NCBI RefSeq assembly: GCF_964194025.1
Contig: NC_134474.1
Coordinates: 33,244,453 to 33,296,000 of the forward strand
Origin: Convolutriloba macropyga
Lineage: Eukaryota
DNA length: 51,548 nucleotides
Direction: 5' to 3'
Shown: positions 23,901 through 37,254 of the stretch, one piece after another
Layout of the letters: each line of letters starts with the position of its first letter
Position numbering within the stretch: the stretch's first letter is position 1
Position numbers and translations under genes: made by a program
The notes under the pieces: model-generated
The model's database searches: none
What the model saw: the letters and a program-made list of their open reading frames with translations, nothing else
Told to the model about the DNA's origin: nothing

Positions 23901-26118
23901 AACTATAAAACAATTTCTTCGTCGTTGTTTTATTTCCTAACAACTAGAGATGGCATCTAAAGATTGTGCTAATTTCGAAAAATTGCGGTAAATCGGTAAA
24001 TGTTAAAAGACGCATATAAAATAAGTTGAAATTGGATTTTGTCATTACTATTATTATTTGACTTAACTGAGCGCACAGTTTCATTTCTATGCAGCTGAAA
24101 AAAACTGATAAAACAAACACAAAACAATTCAAAACCCAAATTTTATTTCATTGACAGTAATTAAATGATTATAATGTATGCAGGTGATGAATTGAAGACA
24201 TCAGCTGACATAAAAAACTTTGAACAGGACTGGCAAAATTTTAGATTCAAACGAAATTGATTAAGAAAATTGAAGCTGGCTAATTATTCACAGATTGAAC
24301 GACCAAGCACTGCCCCAATAGGCCATAAAAACATCAATCACACTAACTGAAAATTGAATTGCAATTCGAACAACTTTTTATTAAACTTTCGCTAATAGCT
24401 TGTTGATCACTATTTGAATATAACTAGCTTAAGGATAGCTTGAAAAACATTTCTCCTATCTTGTTTTCTTTTCTCCTATTCTCAACACAAATAACTGTCA
24501 GTTTAAAAAAAATAATAATTTAGCTCTTGCAACTAAAAAATTAAAATTTAAGCAAAAAGAAAACTTCATGGAACGTCTTTATAACATTCATAAATTTGGA
24601 TCTTTTGGGGATACCGCACATTTAAGATTCGGTATTTACTGATCGCCTCTTTTGTTTCTCAAGTTTTAAAACGTAATTTTATAATCTTAAACATAGAGAG
24701 TAGAATCAAATCAATTGTTTCAAGTCAACCCCGGCTGACGAAAAAGTTGATAAAAGTACCAAAATTGAGAGTCGAATTTTTGTAACTGATCTGAGAGCTT
24801 TGAAATTGATTGTATGATTTTTTTCTTTATACAACTTTTCCTGATACAAATGAGTGATGTTGAGATTTTTCTAGCCATTTTAAAACTTTTTTGCTGGTTC
24901 GTATAGGCTTCCGTCATTTTCAAATTATTTTCAAATGCTCATCAAATGCTTTTAATGCGTGCCTTTTAACTCCCTTTATCAGGAACTTTTAATGTGTCGC
25001 TAATTATGTCATCCGATAAACTGATCTAATTTTATTTTCGAGAATACTTACTCGGTAATTGGTACAATAATGATTAGTTATTTCGAGTATGAGGGTCAAA
25101 TTTTTTTCGATAAGTATGAAATTACCTTGAGCAAAAAAAAATTGGAAATGAACGCAATGACAGTTGTATATTGTAACTTGGCGGAAACGCATATCAAGTA
25201 ATGCGTACATTTTTGTTTAGCGGTGAAATTACACATTTTAGCGGTGAATTGTGTTGAATTTTTGTAAGTTCACCGCTTACTCTAGCGGTGAACTTACATA
25301 ATTGCACCGCATTCACCGCATTTCACTGCACAACTGTGTACGCAGTGAAAAAAATTTTTCGGTACGCGGTAATTTGCGGTGAAAAAAAAATAACTTTTCA
25401 CAGCTTATCTTACATATTTTTAAGATTTTTTCTCGCATTGGGTATCAAGTTTTTGCTGTTTTTCTGGCGTGAGGGCAATTTTTTTGAGTTAATTTTTTGA
25501 AAACGGTTAAATGTTTTCAAGTTGATTGTCGTGTGCTCCTGGAGATATGTTTGTACTATAATTGCAATACCGCAACATTTATTACGGGCTCTTCGAGGTG
25601 AAAACGCACTAAATTACTCGCAAAAACAACAATACCTGATAAACTGTTTCAACTCGTCTTACATATATTTATTCACCGTCATGTTATGAAGCCCCGTTCC
25701 TGTCTCCATGAGGTGGTATCAGAAAACGTGGACTTCGACAGCATCGTTTTGAAGGTCTTTGAAACCCCGCAGATTCTCTTCAAGGTTTTACCAGATTTTC
25801 AACATTCTAGTCAATAGCTTTTGGCTAGACCTGAGAATTCCTGACGATGATCTCTTTACAATTGTGAAACTATTTGCATGGAACTTCGTAGTTGAACTTA
25901 TTTTCATAAGCGAGGTCGATTGTCGAGGGCTCATAAAATTTGAGTTCTTATACAGCTCCTGAAAAGCTATTTGTACACACTGGCTTTTTTGAAAAGATAA
26001 CAAAGAAAAAATGTAATAAATTTTATAACTATAAAATATGAAACGGCCTCGTGTGAGCTTAATAAATGAACGCATATTAGGGTAGACTGAATGCTGTCCA
26101 AGGATTGGTTTGACTTAC

Positions 26119-26301
26119 CTGATTTGATTGCTGGAACTTCGTAAATGATCGAATTGTTGAGTAGCATTACATAGTAGTCATAGGATGACACGTTGATGAA
26201 ATCTTCTGATGAAGTCCACGAGATATTGCAGACAGAGCTTGAAATGAACTCGAAATATGGTGAAACAGGAGTACCATAGGAGCCTAAACAATATCCCCCG
26301 C
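26119..26301 (-). CDS. Exon 5: first half of FN3 domain 1
   Basis: tttag|GC...TCAG|gtaagt, phase 1-1; TPVSPYFEFISSSVCNISWTSSEDFINVSSYDYYV. A second in-frame acceptor lies 18 nt downstream. Confidence 0.8.
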
Positions 26302-28078
26302 CTAAACTGGTGAGCAATCAAATCTTGTAAAATATGAAACAAAAAATCACTTATAAGTTGTTTTTAAGAAAAATATAAGAAACATAACTGCTCTCTTTAG
26401 AGGAAATGTAGAATTCAAGAGTTATGCAACCAAACCAAATAATCAAATCTGTGTTTTTGTTCCGACTCCAATTCCGAATACATTTCTCTTTGAAAATTTG
26501 AATTTATTATCAAATACGCGTGGAACTTTCTTATTTTGGGTTAAATCCTGAAGATTAAGTTATTCGATCTAATTATTACGGAGCTTGCAAAAAAATTACA
26601 ACAATTGAGCAAGTCTTCGAAAAAAGATTAGAACATTTATCAGCTTATTCGTAAGACAAAAAATTCATTTTTTTTTTCAAACAAAGTGATATCAATTGAA
26701 AAAATTTATTAGCTTCTAGGCCCTGGTTGACAATAGAACAAAAAAACCCATATGAATATATAATTCTGAAATTATGTAAAGTTTTTAAATATAGAATTTA
26801 AAAACTTCATAAATTTCAGTACCGAATTTCCGATTATTCCGATTTCATACGATAATTGTTCGGACCCCACTTTTTTTTTTGGGGGGGGAACTATATGCTC
26901 AAATGGGAGTTTTTGTTCAATCAATTTTGTCCAATCGATATGTTCATTAGAGAAAATCGTTGCAGCGATGTTTTTTTTATCTTGGACACTATGGGTTTTA
27001 TTTTTTTCTGAGTGGTAAGTTTTTGTAATTATTTTTGTTGTCCTTTAAGGTATTCGCGTTAGTAATAAGTGCCACTGATTTTCAGATGCGAAACAACTGC
27101 ACAAAAATTTTTTCCATTTTAGTTTTATTTGTGCTTATTTAAACAGAAACTGAAACATCAACAAATAGTAAAAAGATAACATCTAATGACTTTGATGGCT
27201 CCAATACTTCGTGTTTTCGTAGATAGTTTTGTAATTTGTTCTGTATTTTTTGTTTCTGTTGTTGTTTTGTACATCTGCGCTATGGCTTAGATTCGCCCAA
27301 GCAAGGCGCTCCATGAGGACTTATAAGTAAATCTGTAATTAAAATTTTTTCAAAATCTGATCTTTTTCACTTTTGAATGTATTTTGTTTTAAAATTTTAT
27401 TGTATTTTGAACATCTCCCCATTTTTCCTCTGTCAACTGGTTTTCTAGTACCTTTATGAGCACGTCCTATCTGCTTCATGTTTGAGGAGAAGTAAACTAT
27501 TTGCTTAAGTTTTTATCTTGTGGCATTTCGATTTTGCTACTATGTGCTTTTAAAATTATTGAGTTTTTGCACTTTCTTTTTCATTCTGTCGTTTATATTG
27601 TCTCGCAGCCTTATTAATCACAGGTATCATGAGCTCTCCAATGTGGCAGGCCTTTATATAAATCTTTTAGTAGTTTGGGCTTGTAGCAATTCTTCTTAGG
27701 CAAAAATCTATTTGTGTGTATCTCTAATTTCTACACTATTTGTGGATTTTTTAGATAGTTAAGTAAAAAAATGAGCGAGGTAGGAACGTTTTGTGCGAAC
27801 TCACATTAATTACCAAGCCCCCTCACTACTATGGCAATTATCTTTTATTCATTTTTATTGAAGTATGCAAGAAATTATGTTTCTTTTTACAATATTTTGT
27901 CAATGACATAAAACTTAAGTTTACGTTGGTACTTTCTACACTATGCAAACAAAATAAAAATTTTCTACCTCACCAAATTTTTATTCAGATTCTGAGCACA
28001 AACTTCCGAAACAAAAAATGAGCAACCTCTAGCGCATTATCAACCATTTCAAAATTTGTACGCATAACAATTTTTTAC

Positions 28079-30891
28079 CACTGCTGCAGAAGGTTGTTGC
28101 ACAAGGATCAATTTCACAAAAATCGCCAGCTGAATTGTCAGGACAGGAGCAGCTGCTCTCGTACAACCCGTCTCCTGTTGGAAAACTGTTGCATGATCCC
28201 AAATGACATGGGTTTGGAAGGCAGGGGTCATCTTGGCAAAGTCTGCCAACAGTCGCAGTATTCGGGCAGAGACAGTCTAACTGATACTGTTCATTAATTA
28301 AAAAGCTGCTACATGTTCCCGAACCACATGGATTCGGAATACAGGGATCATCATTGCAGACAGGCTGGAAAGTTCCAAAAGGGCATTCGCAGACAGACTG
28401 TAAAATTCCATTTTGATCTATCTCAGCTGAACAGTTACCAGTACTGCAGGGATCCGGATCGCAAGGGTCATCAGCGCACACGGGTTGGAGTGTTCCAAGA
28501 GGACACAGACATATGAACTCATAACTCCCATTCTGAGCACGCTCAATTGAACAACTTCCAGTTAAACAAGGACTGGGTGTGCAAGGGTCATCGTATTCAC
28601 ATCTGTCACCGACAGAGTCAGACAAGAGCGAACAATTGCATTGAAATCCGAACCCATCTTGTTTACTTCCCGTCACAGTACACTCGCCTCCATTGCACGT
28701 ATCCGGGAAACAAGGGTCAGCGTCACAAAATTCACCAATGGTTCCCTCTTCCGGACAACTGCAACTGGCCTCAAAAAATCCGTTTTCTGTAACCACTGAG
28801 CAGTAGTTTGAGTTACATGGGTTTTGAGGGTTTGTGCATGGATCAGTTATGTTGCAATGTCTTCCGAGAAATCCCTCTACACTGCTGCAGTTGCAAGAAA
28901 AATCAAAGCCAAACTCTTGGTCTCCAAGTATTTGACAAATTCCTCCACTGCAGGGATCAGGTAGGCAGGGGTTTTCCAGGGAGCATGTTTCCCCAAGAAA
29001 ATATGGCACTGCTGAGCAGTTGCAATCGAAGTCAAAGCCATTGAGTTTGTCTCCTGTGACCGCGCACTGGCCACCGTTACAAGTATTAGGGTAACAGGGA
29101 TCAGGGTAGCAAAACTCGCCTATAGTTCCTTCTTCCGGACAACTACAATTGGGTTCGAATGACTCGTTTGAGACTATCGCAGTGCACGGATTTGAGTTGC
29201 AAGGTTTTGCAGGGTTTGTACATGGATCAGTTATGTTGCAATAATTTCCTAGGAACCCATGTACGCTACTGCAATTGCATAAAAAGTCGAATCCAATATG
29301 CTGATCGCCAGTTAGATCACAAACACCCCCATTACAGGGATCAGGTAGACATGGGTTGTCTAAAGAGCATGTTTCGCCAAGTTGGTCCGGTATCAATGAA
29401 CAGTTGCATTCAAAATCGAATCCGTTGACCTGGTCGACTGTCACTGTACACTCACCCCCATTACATGTATTTGGGAAGCAGGGGTCTGGATCACAGAATT
29501 CTCCAACCGTTCCGTTCTGGGGACAGCTGCAACTTGCTTCAAATACATCATTTAATTCGATCACAACGCACGGGTTCGAGTTGCAAGGATTTTGGGGGTT
29601 TGTGCACGGATCAGATATGTTGCAATGTCTTCCTAGGAATCCATTTACGCTGCTGCAGTTACATAAAAAATTGAATCCAATTTGCTGGTCACCAGTAATT
29701 TCACAAATTCCTCCATTATCGCAAGGATCAGGTGAGCACGGGTTTTCCACTGAGCACGTGTCCCCAATAAATTGTGGTATTGGAGAACAGTCACACCAAA
29801 AACCAAACCCAGCCTGAGAATCACCGGTGACAGTGCAAATTCCGCCATTGCATGGATTACTTGAAGGTCTACAAGGGTTTTCATTTGAGCATGTGTCTCC
29901 AATAAATTCTGGAAGATTGGAGCAGTTACATGCAAAACCAAATTCACTCCCCTCATATTTGGTAACTGAACAAGCTCCTCCGTTACAAGTATTAGGGAAA
30001 CAAGGGTCAGGGTGGCAAAAATCGCCTATAATGCCTTCTTCCGGACAACTACAATTGGGTTCGAGTGACTCGTTGGAGACTATAACAGTACAAGGGTTCG
30101 AGTTGCAAGGGTTCTCAGGATTTGAACATGGATCAGTTAAGTTGCAATGTCTTCCTAGGAACCCCTGTACGCTACTGCAATTACATATAAAACTGAATCC
30201 AATAATTTGATCTCCAGTTAGTTCACAAACACCCCCATGGCAGGGATCAGGAACACACGGGTTGTTTAAAGAACATGTATCGCCAAGAAAAGTAGGAACT
30301 GTTGAGCAGTTGCATTGAGAACCAAAGCCATTACTGGGATCACCGGTGATTGTGCATAACCCTCCATTACATGGATCATTAGACGGACCGCAAGGATTTG
30401 AAACAGAACATGTGTCTCCTAAGAAGTCAGGAACAGCAGAGCAGTTACACTCAAAACCAAAGCCACCTGAATCACTCCCAGTAACTGAACAAACTCCTCC
30501 GTTGCAGGGATCTGAATTGCAGGGATCCACTGCCGAGCAATTTTGACCAATGAACCCAGTGGATGTACCACAGTCACATGTGTATCCGAAAGAGTTCTCA
30601 TTCGTATTTTGACATACTGCTGCATTCCGACAGGGATTATAGAAGCAAGCAGGAACTGGGTCAGCAGAGCAGGATCCACCAATTCCACCACACATTTTAA
30701 AATCAAAATATTCATTACTCGATTCATTGTATTGTAAAGGACAAACGTAATCTGAACTTGTGTATGCTTCTGAGTCAACAGCCTGGCCTTCTATACATCC
30801 ATGAAAAGTATATCCATTGAGGGTAAACGGAAATATGCATGAATCACCAGTCTCGGAGGATATGCATTCGATTGTACAGAATGCATTTGTC
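28079..30891 (-). CDS. Exon 4: FN2-like domain 2 plus 20 complete EGF-like repeats and the start of a 21st
   Basis: ORF 28029-30971 trimmed to acceptor cttttctag|G and donor G|gtaaaa. GDSCIFPFTLNGYTFHGC is an FN2 signature, followed by repeated (D/N)PC..PC.GG.C...C.C...G..C six-Cys units. Confidence 0.95.
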
Positions 30892-31320
30892 CTAGAAAAG
30901 AAAATTAAAAAAAATTTTAAAATCAAATTTAAAATGAATTTTGTGTTTTTGTATTCCATGAGAAACTTCACAAATATTTTGCTGCCCGTTTTGAACTTTT
31001 ACCCCAAAAAAGGAAAACTTTTCCGTTTGTGCCCCCCCCCCCCCAGCTTAATGGGTGCGTATTCTTTGCACCTCTCAGACGCCCATATTTTTTACGTGAT
31101 GTTTTACTAGGCAGTGACAGCTAAACTGTAAATGGGGGAGCATTACGTACGGGGGGGGGGGGGGGACAAGCCGAAAAGATGTAAGATTAGGGGGTAATCG
31201 GGAAAATTTTTAGCAAATTCCTCTTAAAACTCTTACATTTTTATGGGGTTATCGGGGATAATTCGATGCAAGTGCAGGGGCTTATGGGGGGGGGGGGGGG
31301 TAAAACTATGCAAGAGTAGG

Positions 31321-31632
31321 GGTTATAATCAAAATGTTCCATTTTACCCAACGCTATCATACTCAACGCGCCATTTTACACAATGCCAATTTTGATTTAC
31401 CCTTTTGTGAAAATTACCAGAACAACTGTTTAGCCGACTGTATAATTAAATGGCCCGTGTGACTTGATATGAAATTATCACACCTGAACATCAGATAATT
31501 GGACAAAAATATCAAAAAATGGGTAAGTTGGCCTTGGAAAAATTGCAATGGGTAAATTACAATGGGTGAAATTGCAGCTTGGGTAAAATGGCATGTGGGT
31601 AGAATGGAATTGGGTAAAATTGTCATGTAACC
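31321..31632. repeat. MITE-like element with ttaccc/gggtaa subrepeats
   Basis: GGTTA..TAACC ends; ttttaccc motifs in the left half are mirrored by gggtaaa motifs in the right half. Confidence 0.45.
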
Positions 31633-31803
31633 TTGGATGATATAATGTTTAAATTTTGATATGGCCAGCAATTTCTACTTAGATAGGGACTCCAAAGCAT
31701 TTATTAGCTTCATGAAAGTGACCAAAACAAGTAAACAGAATGGGCCCAATTCCCATTATTTCAGATTAGACTATCAATAAAAACTAACAATTTCTCAACT
31801 TAC

Positions 31804-31840
31804 AAGTCACAGTCTCCAATTTGCAGAGTGTCGCTGAGAC
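31804..31840 (-). CDS. Exon 3: 37-nt microexon completing FN2-like domain 1
   Basis: ttttgtttag|...|gtaagt, phase 1 to 2, exactly bridging exons 2 and 4; GLSDTLQIGDCDL supplies the last Cys. Confidence 0.85.
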
Positions 31841-32243
31841 CTAAACAAAATTCCAGTGAGGCGCAAGATAAGACATTCAATCAAATAGGCACCCAGAGAA
31901 ACAAAAGTTGTTACACTGCAAGGTCTTACAAGATCTTGAATCTCTTGACCTAACTTTTGATGGATGCCTTACCAACAGCTTGATAACCTAGATTTCTTGC
32001 AGCTTCTTGTTATGATCCGTTTAAGCTGTTATAAAGATAATTCATTTACTTTTATGGCCACGCTCGCTACGTTCGTTATTTTGGCAAGTAAATGAAGCAG
32101 ATGAAGTAACACTAAACGATTTAAAAACTCGTGGTTTTGGTTTGGTTCTTAACAATCAAAGAGAATAAAAGGACACAAAGGGTAATGACAGGTGTTTGAA
32201 CAAGCTCTTCCGCATCTTTAGCTATTTTAATTTTTGATACCCA

Positions 32244-33812
32244 CCCAGGTTGAGGTCCAGACCCAATTTGAGTTATGATCAGACCCAGTCGAGCGCACAC
32301 CCGTGTGTTCCCAGAACAAAATTACAGGGTCTTTTCGGAATTTCGAGCGCACTACGCTCTGGACCATGGTCTGGAGATGGTCTGATCAGAGGTCATTTTG
32401 GTCTGAAAAGTCTGATCATAGACGGATTAGAGTGCACTTGGGTCTGATCATAACCTCTTCGAGCGCACTTTTGTCTGATCAGAGGCGACTTCGAGCGCAA
32501 TTGGGTCTGATCATAACCTCTTCGAGCGCACTTTTGTCTGATCAGAGGCGACTTCGAGCGCAATTGGGTCTGATCATAACCTCATTGAGCGCACTTGAGT
32601 CTGATCAGAAATGCTTTTGAACGCAATTGGGTCTGATCAGGGACCATTTCGAGCGCATTTTTTTTTCATTTTTTAAATTTTTTAAATGAAATGTTGGCTC
32701 TGCCAGGAGGCAGCCATAAAGCAGCGTTCTGATCAGAGACTCATCTAAAGTCCGATAGCTCTGATCAGAAAACAGGAGTCCAGCCGATAACAGAGGAAGG
32801 TCCCCTTCAGAAGAAACTTTGATCAACTGGAGACCACGATGTTTCTTATGGAAAGCTGTCTAAACTCATCCATTGAGTCAGAAATATACACTAAAAGGTA
32901 CACTATATAAAATTTGTTCCCAACAGTTGGGTTTCGTTTTCTTTAGCAATACTTTTATAATTGATTTTTCTTTAGATGAATTAAATACTGCAAACATAAG
33001 TTTTTTTGAAATGAATATATTATAGCAAAATTAGAAGATTTTTTCATAAGTAAAATCTGTCTCTGATCAGACCATTTCGAACGCACTTGGGTCTGATCAG
33101 AGGCAATTTCGAGCGCAATTGGGTCTGATCATAGGCAATTTCGAGCGCAATTGGGTCTGATCATAACCTCTTCGAGCGCACTTGGGTCTGATCAGAGGCG
33201 ACTTCGAGCGCAATTGGGTCTGATCATTATCTTTTCGAGCGCACGTGGGTCTGATCAGATGATCAGAGGCGACTTCGAGCGCAATTGTCGGTCGCTTTCT
33301 GTCTGTGTGTGTGTGTGAGAGAGAGAGAGTGTGTGTGTTGTGGGTGGGGGTCAAGCGATGGGGTTAGTGTTGAGAAGAAGGCTGATGAGAGAGGAGTTCA
33401 ACTCGATAGGGGGAGGAGAGTGGATAATTTAAGTGTTGTGGTTAAAGGACGCGAGGGCTGACGATGGCGATTTTGAGTGTTTTTGATCAGAGTGGTCAGC
33501 TGGGGAGATGGTCTCGACTGAGTCTGATCAGAGGCTACTTGGGTCTGAAATTGGGTGTGATCATAGTCTGATTAAGGTCTGAGCATTGGTCTGAATTTGA
33601 GTCTGGACCATGGTCTGGAGATGGTCTGATCAGAACTCCTTCGGTCTGGAAAGTCCGATCAGAACTCATTCAGTCTGGAAGGTCTGATCAGAGATAATTT
33701 CGTTCTGGAAAGTCTGATCAGAGATAATTTCGGTCTGGAAAGTCTGATCGGAGATAATTTTGGTCTGGAAAGTCTGATCACAAGCAAATTTAGTTGTGGA
33801 CCTCAACCTGGG
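32244..33812. mobile_element. Non-autonomous EnSpm/CMC-like DNA transposon with TCTGATCAGA subterminal arrays
   Basis: Perfect 16-bp TIR CCCAGGTTGAGGTCCA/TGGACCTCAACCTGGG; 2-bp TSD CA; ~30-bp tandem units at about 32380-32660, 33060-33285 and 33600-33780; GT/GA microsatellite near 33304-33338. Confidence 0.88.
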
Positions 33813-36800
33813 CATACAACGGATAAGGATATTGGTAGGTTGAGCCAAACTAGAAGAAAAGAACGTCTCAAAACATGGAGATTAGCTTCATGATATCAAC
33901 AGCAGAATTTACAGATTTGCAAAAGAGATCTGGTTAAGATTTAGATGATAATTTGGAATTGTGAGCTCAAAAAAGTTCAAAAATTGCACTAACTTATTGT
34001 CTAAAAATGAGCAATCTATTAAAAAGCACAATGAGATACTTTAGGAGGTCTTTGACTGATCAAATATATTGAGCTCAAGCAAAAATCTTAGAATTAAAGC
34101 TAGATTGCTAGTAGTCCGGACGTATTCTGACCATACACGAACATACCGACGAGGTTGGCAAAGCTCAACATCAGACAACTTACTACAATGAAAATTTGTC
34201 TAAAACAAAACGCATGACAAAAACTGATTTTCTCAGCGCAATTTATTCGATTAATTTATATAACGTTGTTGCCTTGAATTAACCGCGCCTGACATTATCT
34301 TGGTTTGCCAATAATTACAACTTATAAAGCTTAGAGTTAATTTCTAACGGGAATTCTAACCACCCCACTAAGAAATGAGTTGACTGCAAAGCGGCTGCTC
34401 CCCTCAAACAACTCAAAACGCATACACTTTAAAGACGGGTAATAATTTTGTAAAGTTCTCCGCTGTCGTCTTGTCGACGGAAAAGTAATGACAGAAAATT
34501 TTCTTCATCTTTTGTCATGCTCGAATATCCATCATCTGCAATGTCAATCTTCAATGTCCATCTTCCGATTTGCCAAAAACGGCAAAAAGGTAATTTTTTG
34601 GGTCGATATGTCTGTTCCGCTCACGAAAAAACGGCTTCAGACGAAAATGATACAACTTTGTTCGTCGTCGCCAGTTGTGTGATGACGTTGAATGTAAATT
34701 CTTTAGTTGTTTCAAGTATAGTGCCTCATAAACCGACACCGCCATGGCCCTGTAATTTTGTTTTGTCTGAGATAGAGCAAATCAAAGCAAAGCGTCTTCT
34801 GAACAACCGCTTATGCGTCACGTTACTACAATGTATCACAATTAGCAAGTTTATCAAAAAGAACTCCAACCCCTTCAAATATTGTATATAAATTAGCTTC
34901 TGGTTTTGTGAGTACCGGTATCGATTTGTGATCGCAGTCATGTGGTTGAATGAACATTTAACTGCAAACATAATAGCTGGCCTCGTCTTTTTACCAGATA
35001 CAAAGATTTTCCACATTAACTGTACATTCTCGGACCCAATTTTTCACTATTCTATGCTGCCAGAAGTTTCAAATTCAAGCCAGCTAGAGTTTTTGTGGCT
35101 GCCATTCATTTTTAATTGCTTTAGCATAGTCTCTAGTTAACGAATCTGGTGTACTGTGGCTTTGCCTCTCTCTACTGATCCGTACGAATAGAAAACAGTA
35201 AAGTCTGCCTCAGTTTTCTGGTAGAAAAATGATCCTAGGGACATTTCAGTGTCGGATTCTTTAATGATACAACGATGTTGTCAACGAAGATAAAACTCAA
35301 AGTTTGCACTTATGTATTGGCTCATGCAAACCTGAAAAGAACATTTCTGCTTCAATTTAATTGTTCTCTCAGCTGAACAATCGTCAGTTCTTTGTACCAG
35401 TTGTTAGCTGCTTGCTGCGAGCCCCAAAGAAATCCTTCAGTCGGCACACACTAGTTTTCTCCACTTCACCATCTCTTGACTTTTGGAAGCACACATAATT
35501 TTCAAATTGTGGCTTTGAGGGGAGTACCGAAAAACCACCTATATATCAAATAAGAGCATCAATTTACCGTGCTGTTTTGAAAGCTGAAAAACAACTCATA
35601 AAGTCCCTTCGTGCATTTTGACGCAAAAGTCTACAAGAATTTAAGCCATAAACCCGTTTGAAGCCGCTGTCATATTGTGTTTCCTTTCTTGTCAACTTGA
35701 CCACCGGCAAGATTTTTTTAATAAAAGAATTGCCAGCAATGACGTGCATGTCAATACTTTGAACACTTTTATCATATCAACGGGTTATTGTTCCCATTTT
35801 TTACTTCTCCGGATGGGATCAATTTTTCCGACTGCTCTTGTGCATTGTCACTGAAACCAATTTTATCAGCTGGTGAGATATTATCTGTGTCACTCTTCGT
35901 AACTGATTTTTGAGTTCCTTCAATTGCTTTTCATTCCAACATACAACATTCTCCTTTCCCGTGTAAGTCAACTTCTTAACTACTTGCTGGTCCATTGTGA
36001 CTTGAGTGATCGAAACGTTTAACAAAATAAAGAAAATAAGCAGTACAGAATTATGAAGATCGAAAAAAAAACATTTATTTTTTTAAATTTGTCTTTGAAA
36101 CTTAGAAAACTGATGGGCCAAAAAGTTGTTGGCTTACTAATTCTTCAGATAGCATAGAGGCGTTTGAAACCGAAAAAATTTTTTCTCTTGAAAATCAGAA
36201 GTTAAAAAAATGATTTTTACAATACAAACTAGAGTTTTGTTGAAAAGATGACTAATAGGTCACAATGATGTTTTGAATTTGTGAGATGAAGAGCTATTGA
36301 TAATTGACCCTAAAAAATACACAAATCGTTATTGACAAAAAATTAGGATAGCAATCTGATCTGATAGCATCAAGATTTTTTGGGAAGTAAAACATCTGCC
36401 CCATTTTGATATGTGATTTCAGATTTTTGGAGGTAACCTCGACCAGTTCTGGAGGTATATTGACCACACGTGCACTTTAAGAAAACTTGTTGGGAAAACT
36501 CAACATCTGGCATTTCACTGCTTCTCTTAAACGTTAGTTTCTTTTTAAAATTAAATTAAATTTCAACTCACTTCCTAGCTAAGATCTTGTAAGTTTCTAA
36601 ACATTTGGATGCTTTCATAGCAAGTACCATGGCAATTTCGGGACATTATCTCCCATTTTTAATGTTTATCATCACAGGGATCAAGTTTTTCTTCCCTGAG
36701 CCTAGATTTAATATCATAAAAACTAAAAAAAAAAACGATTTAATCACTTGCATTCCCCCTTGAATTTTTTCCCGGTGAGTTTTCCATTCTAGTTAGGGCA

Positions 36801-37254
36801 TCTGCTAGACTATCCTGATTTATTGAAGCTTGAAAAACGCGGGGCACCCTAAGTCATTTTCAACATTCCATCATTAAGAGCTTCCTTCTATCAGCCTGTA
36901 TTACTGAAATAACGTGAAACAGATCTCTCCACTGATCTCTCAGAAAATGTTTTTGTCATTTTTCGTTTTAAAGTCTTTGATAATGTTGCCAAGAAGTCCA
37001 TAAATTAATAATTAGAAGAAAGACGCTTTTTTGTCAAAACTTTTCGATACTTTTAGAAAATAAGATAAGCACTTTGAAGATTATCAGACGAGTGATAATA
37101 AGTTGTTACACGGCAAAGGATTTTATACTTTTTCTTATATAGAGCCTTTTGACCGATTCAAAAAATCAAAACTTCCACCTCTAAACAGTTGGATCAATTC
37201 ATTGTCAGATAAAAACAACAAATAGTCTATTTTTGAATTTGACTATTTGACTAG

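Noticed and set aside
25788-25958. ORF with a good acceptor (cttttcag) just after exon 5
   Set aside because: It hits a stop immediately in the required phase-1 frame.
28094-30778. Many overlapping + strand and alternate-frame ORFs
   Set aside because: They are shadows of the repetitive Cys-rich EGF exon.
28029-30971. Calling the 980-aa ORF a stand-alone Notch/fibropellin/Crumbs gene
   Set aside because: Both ends are intronic read-through past clear splice sites, and the diagnostic domains of those families are absent.
32380-33780. ~30-bp periodic repeats resembling a CRISPR array
   Set aside because: No unique spacers, no cas genes, eukaryotic context, and enclosed by transposon TIRs.
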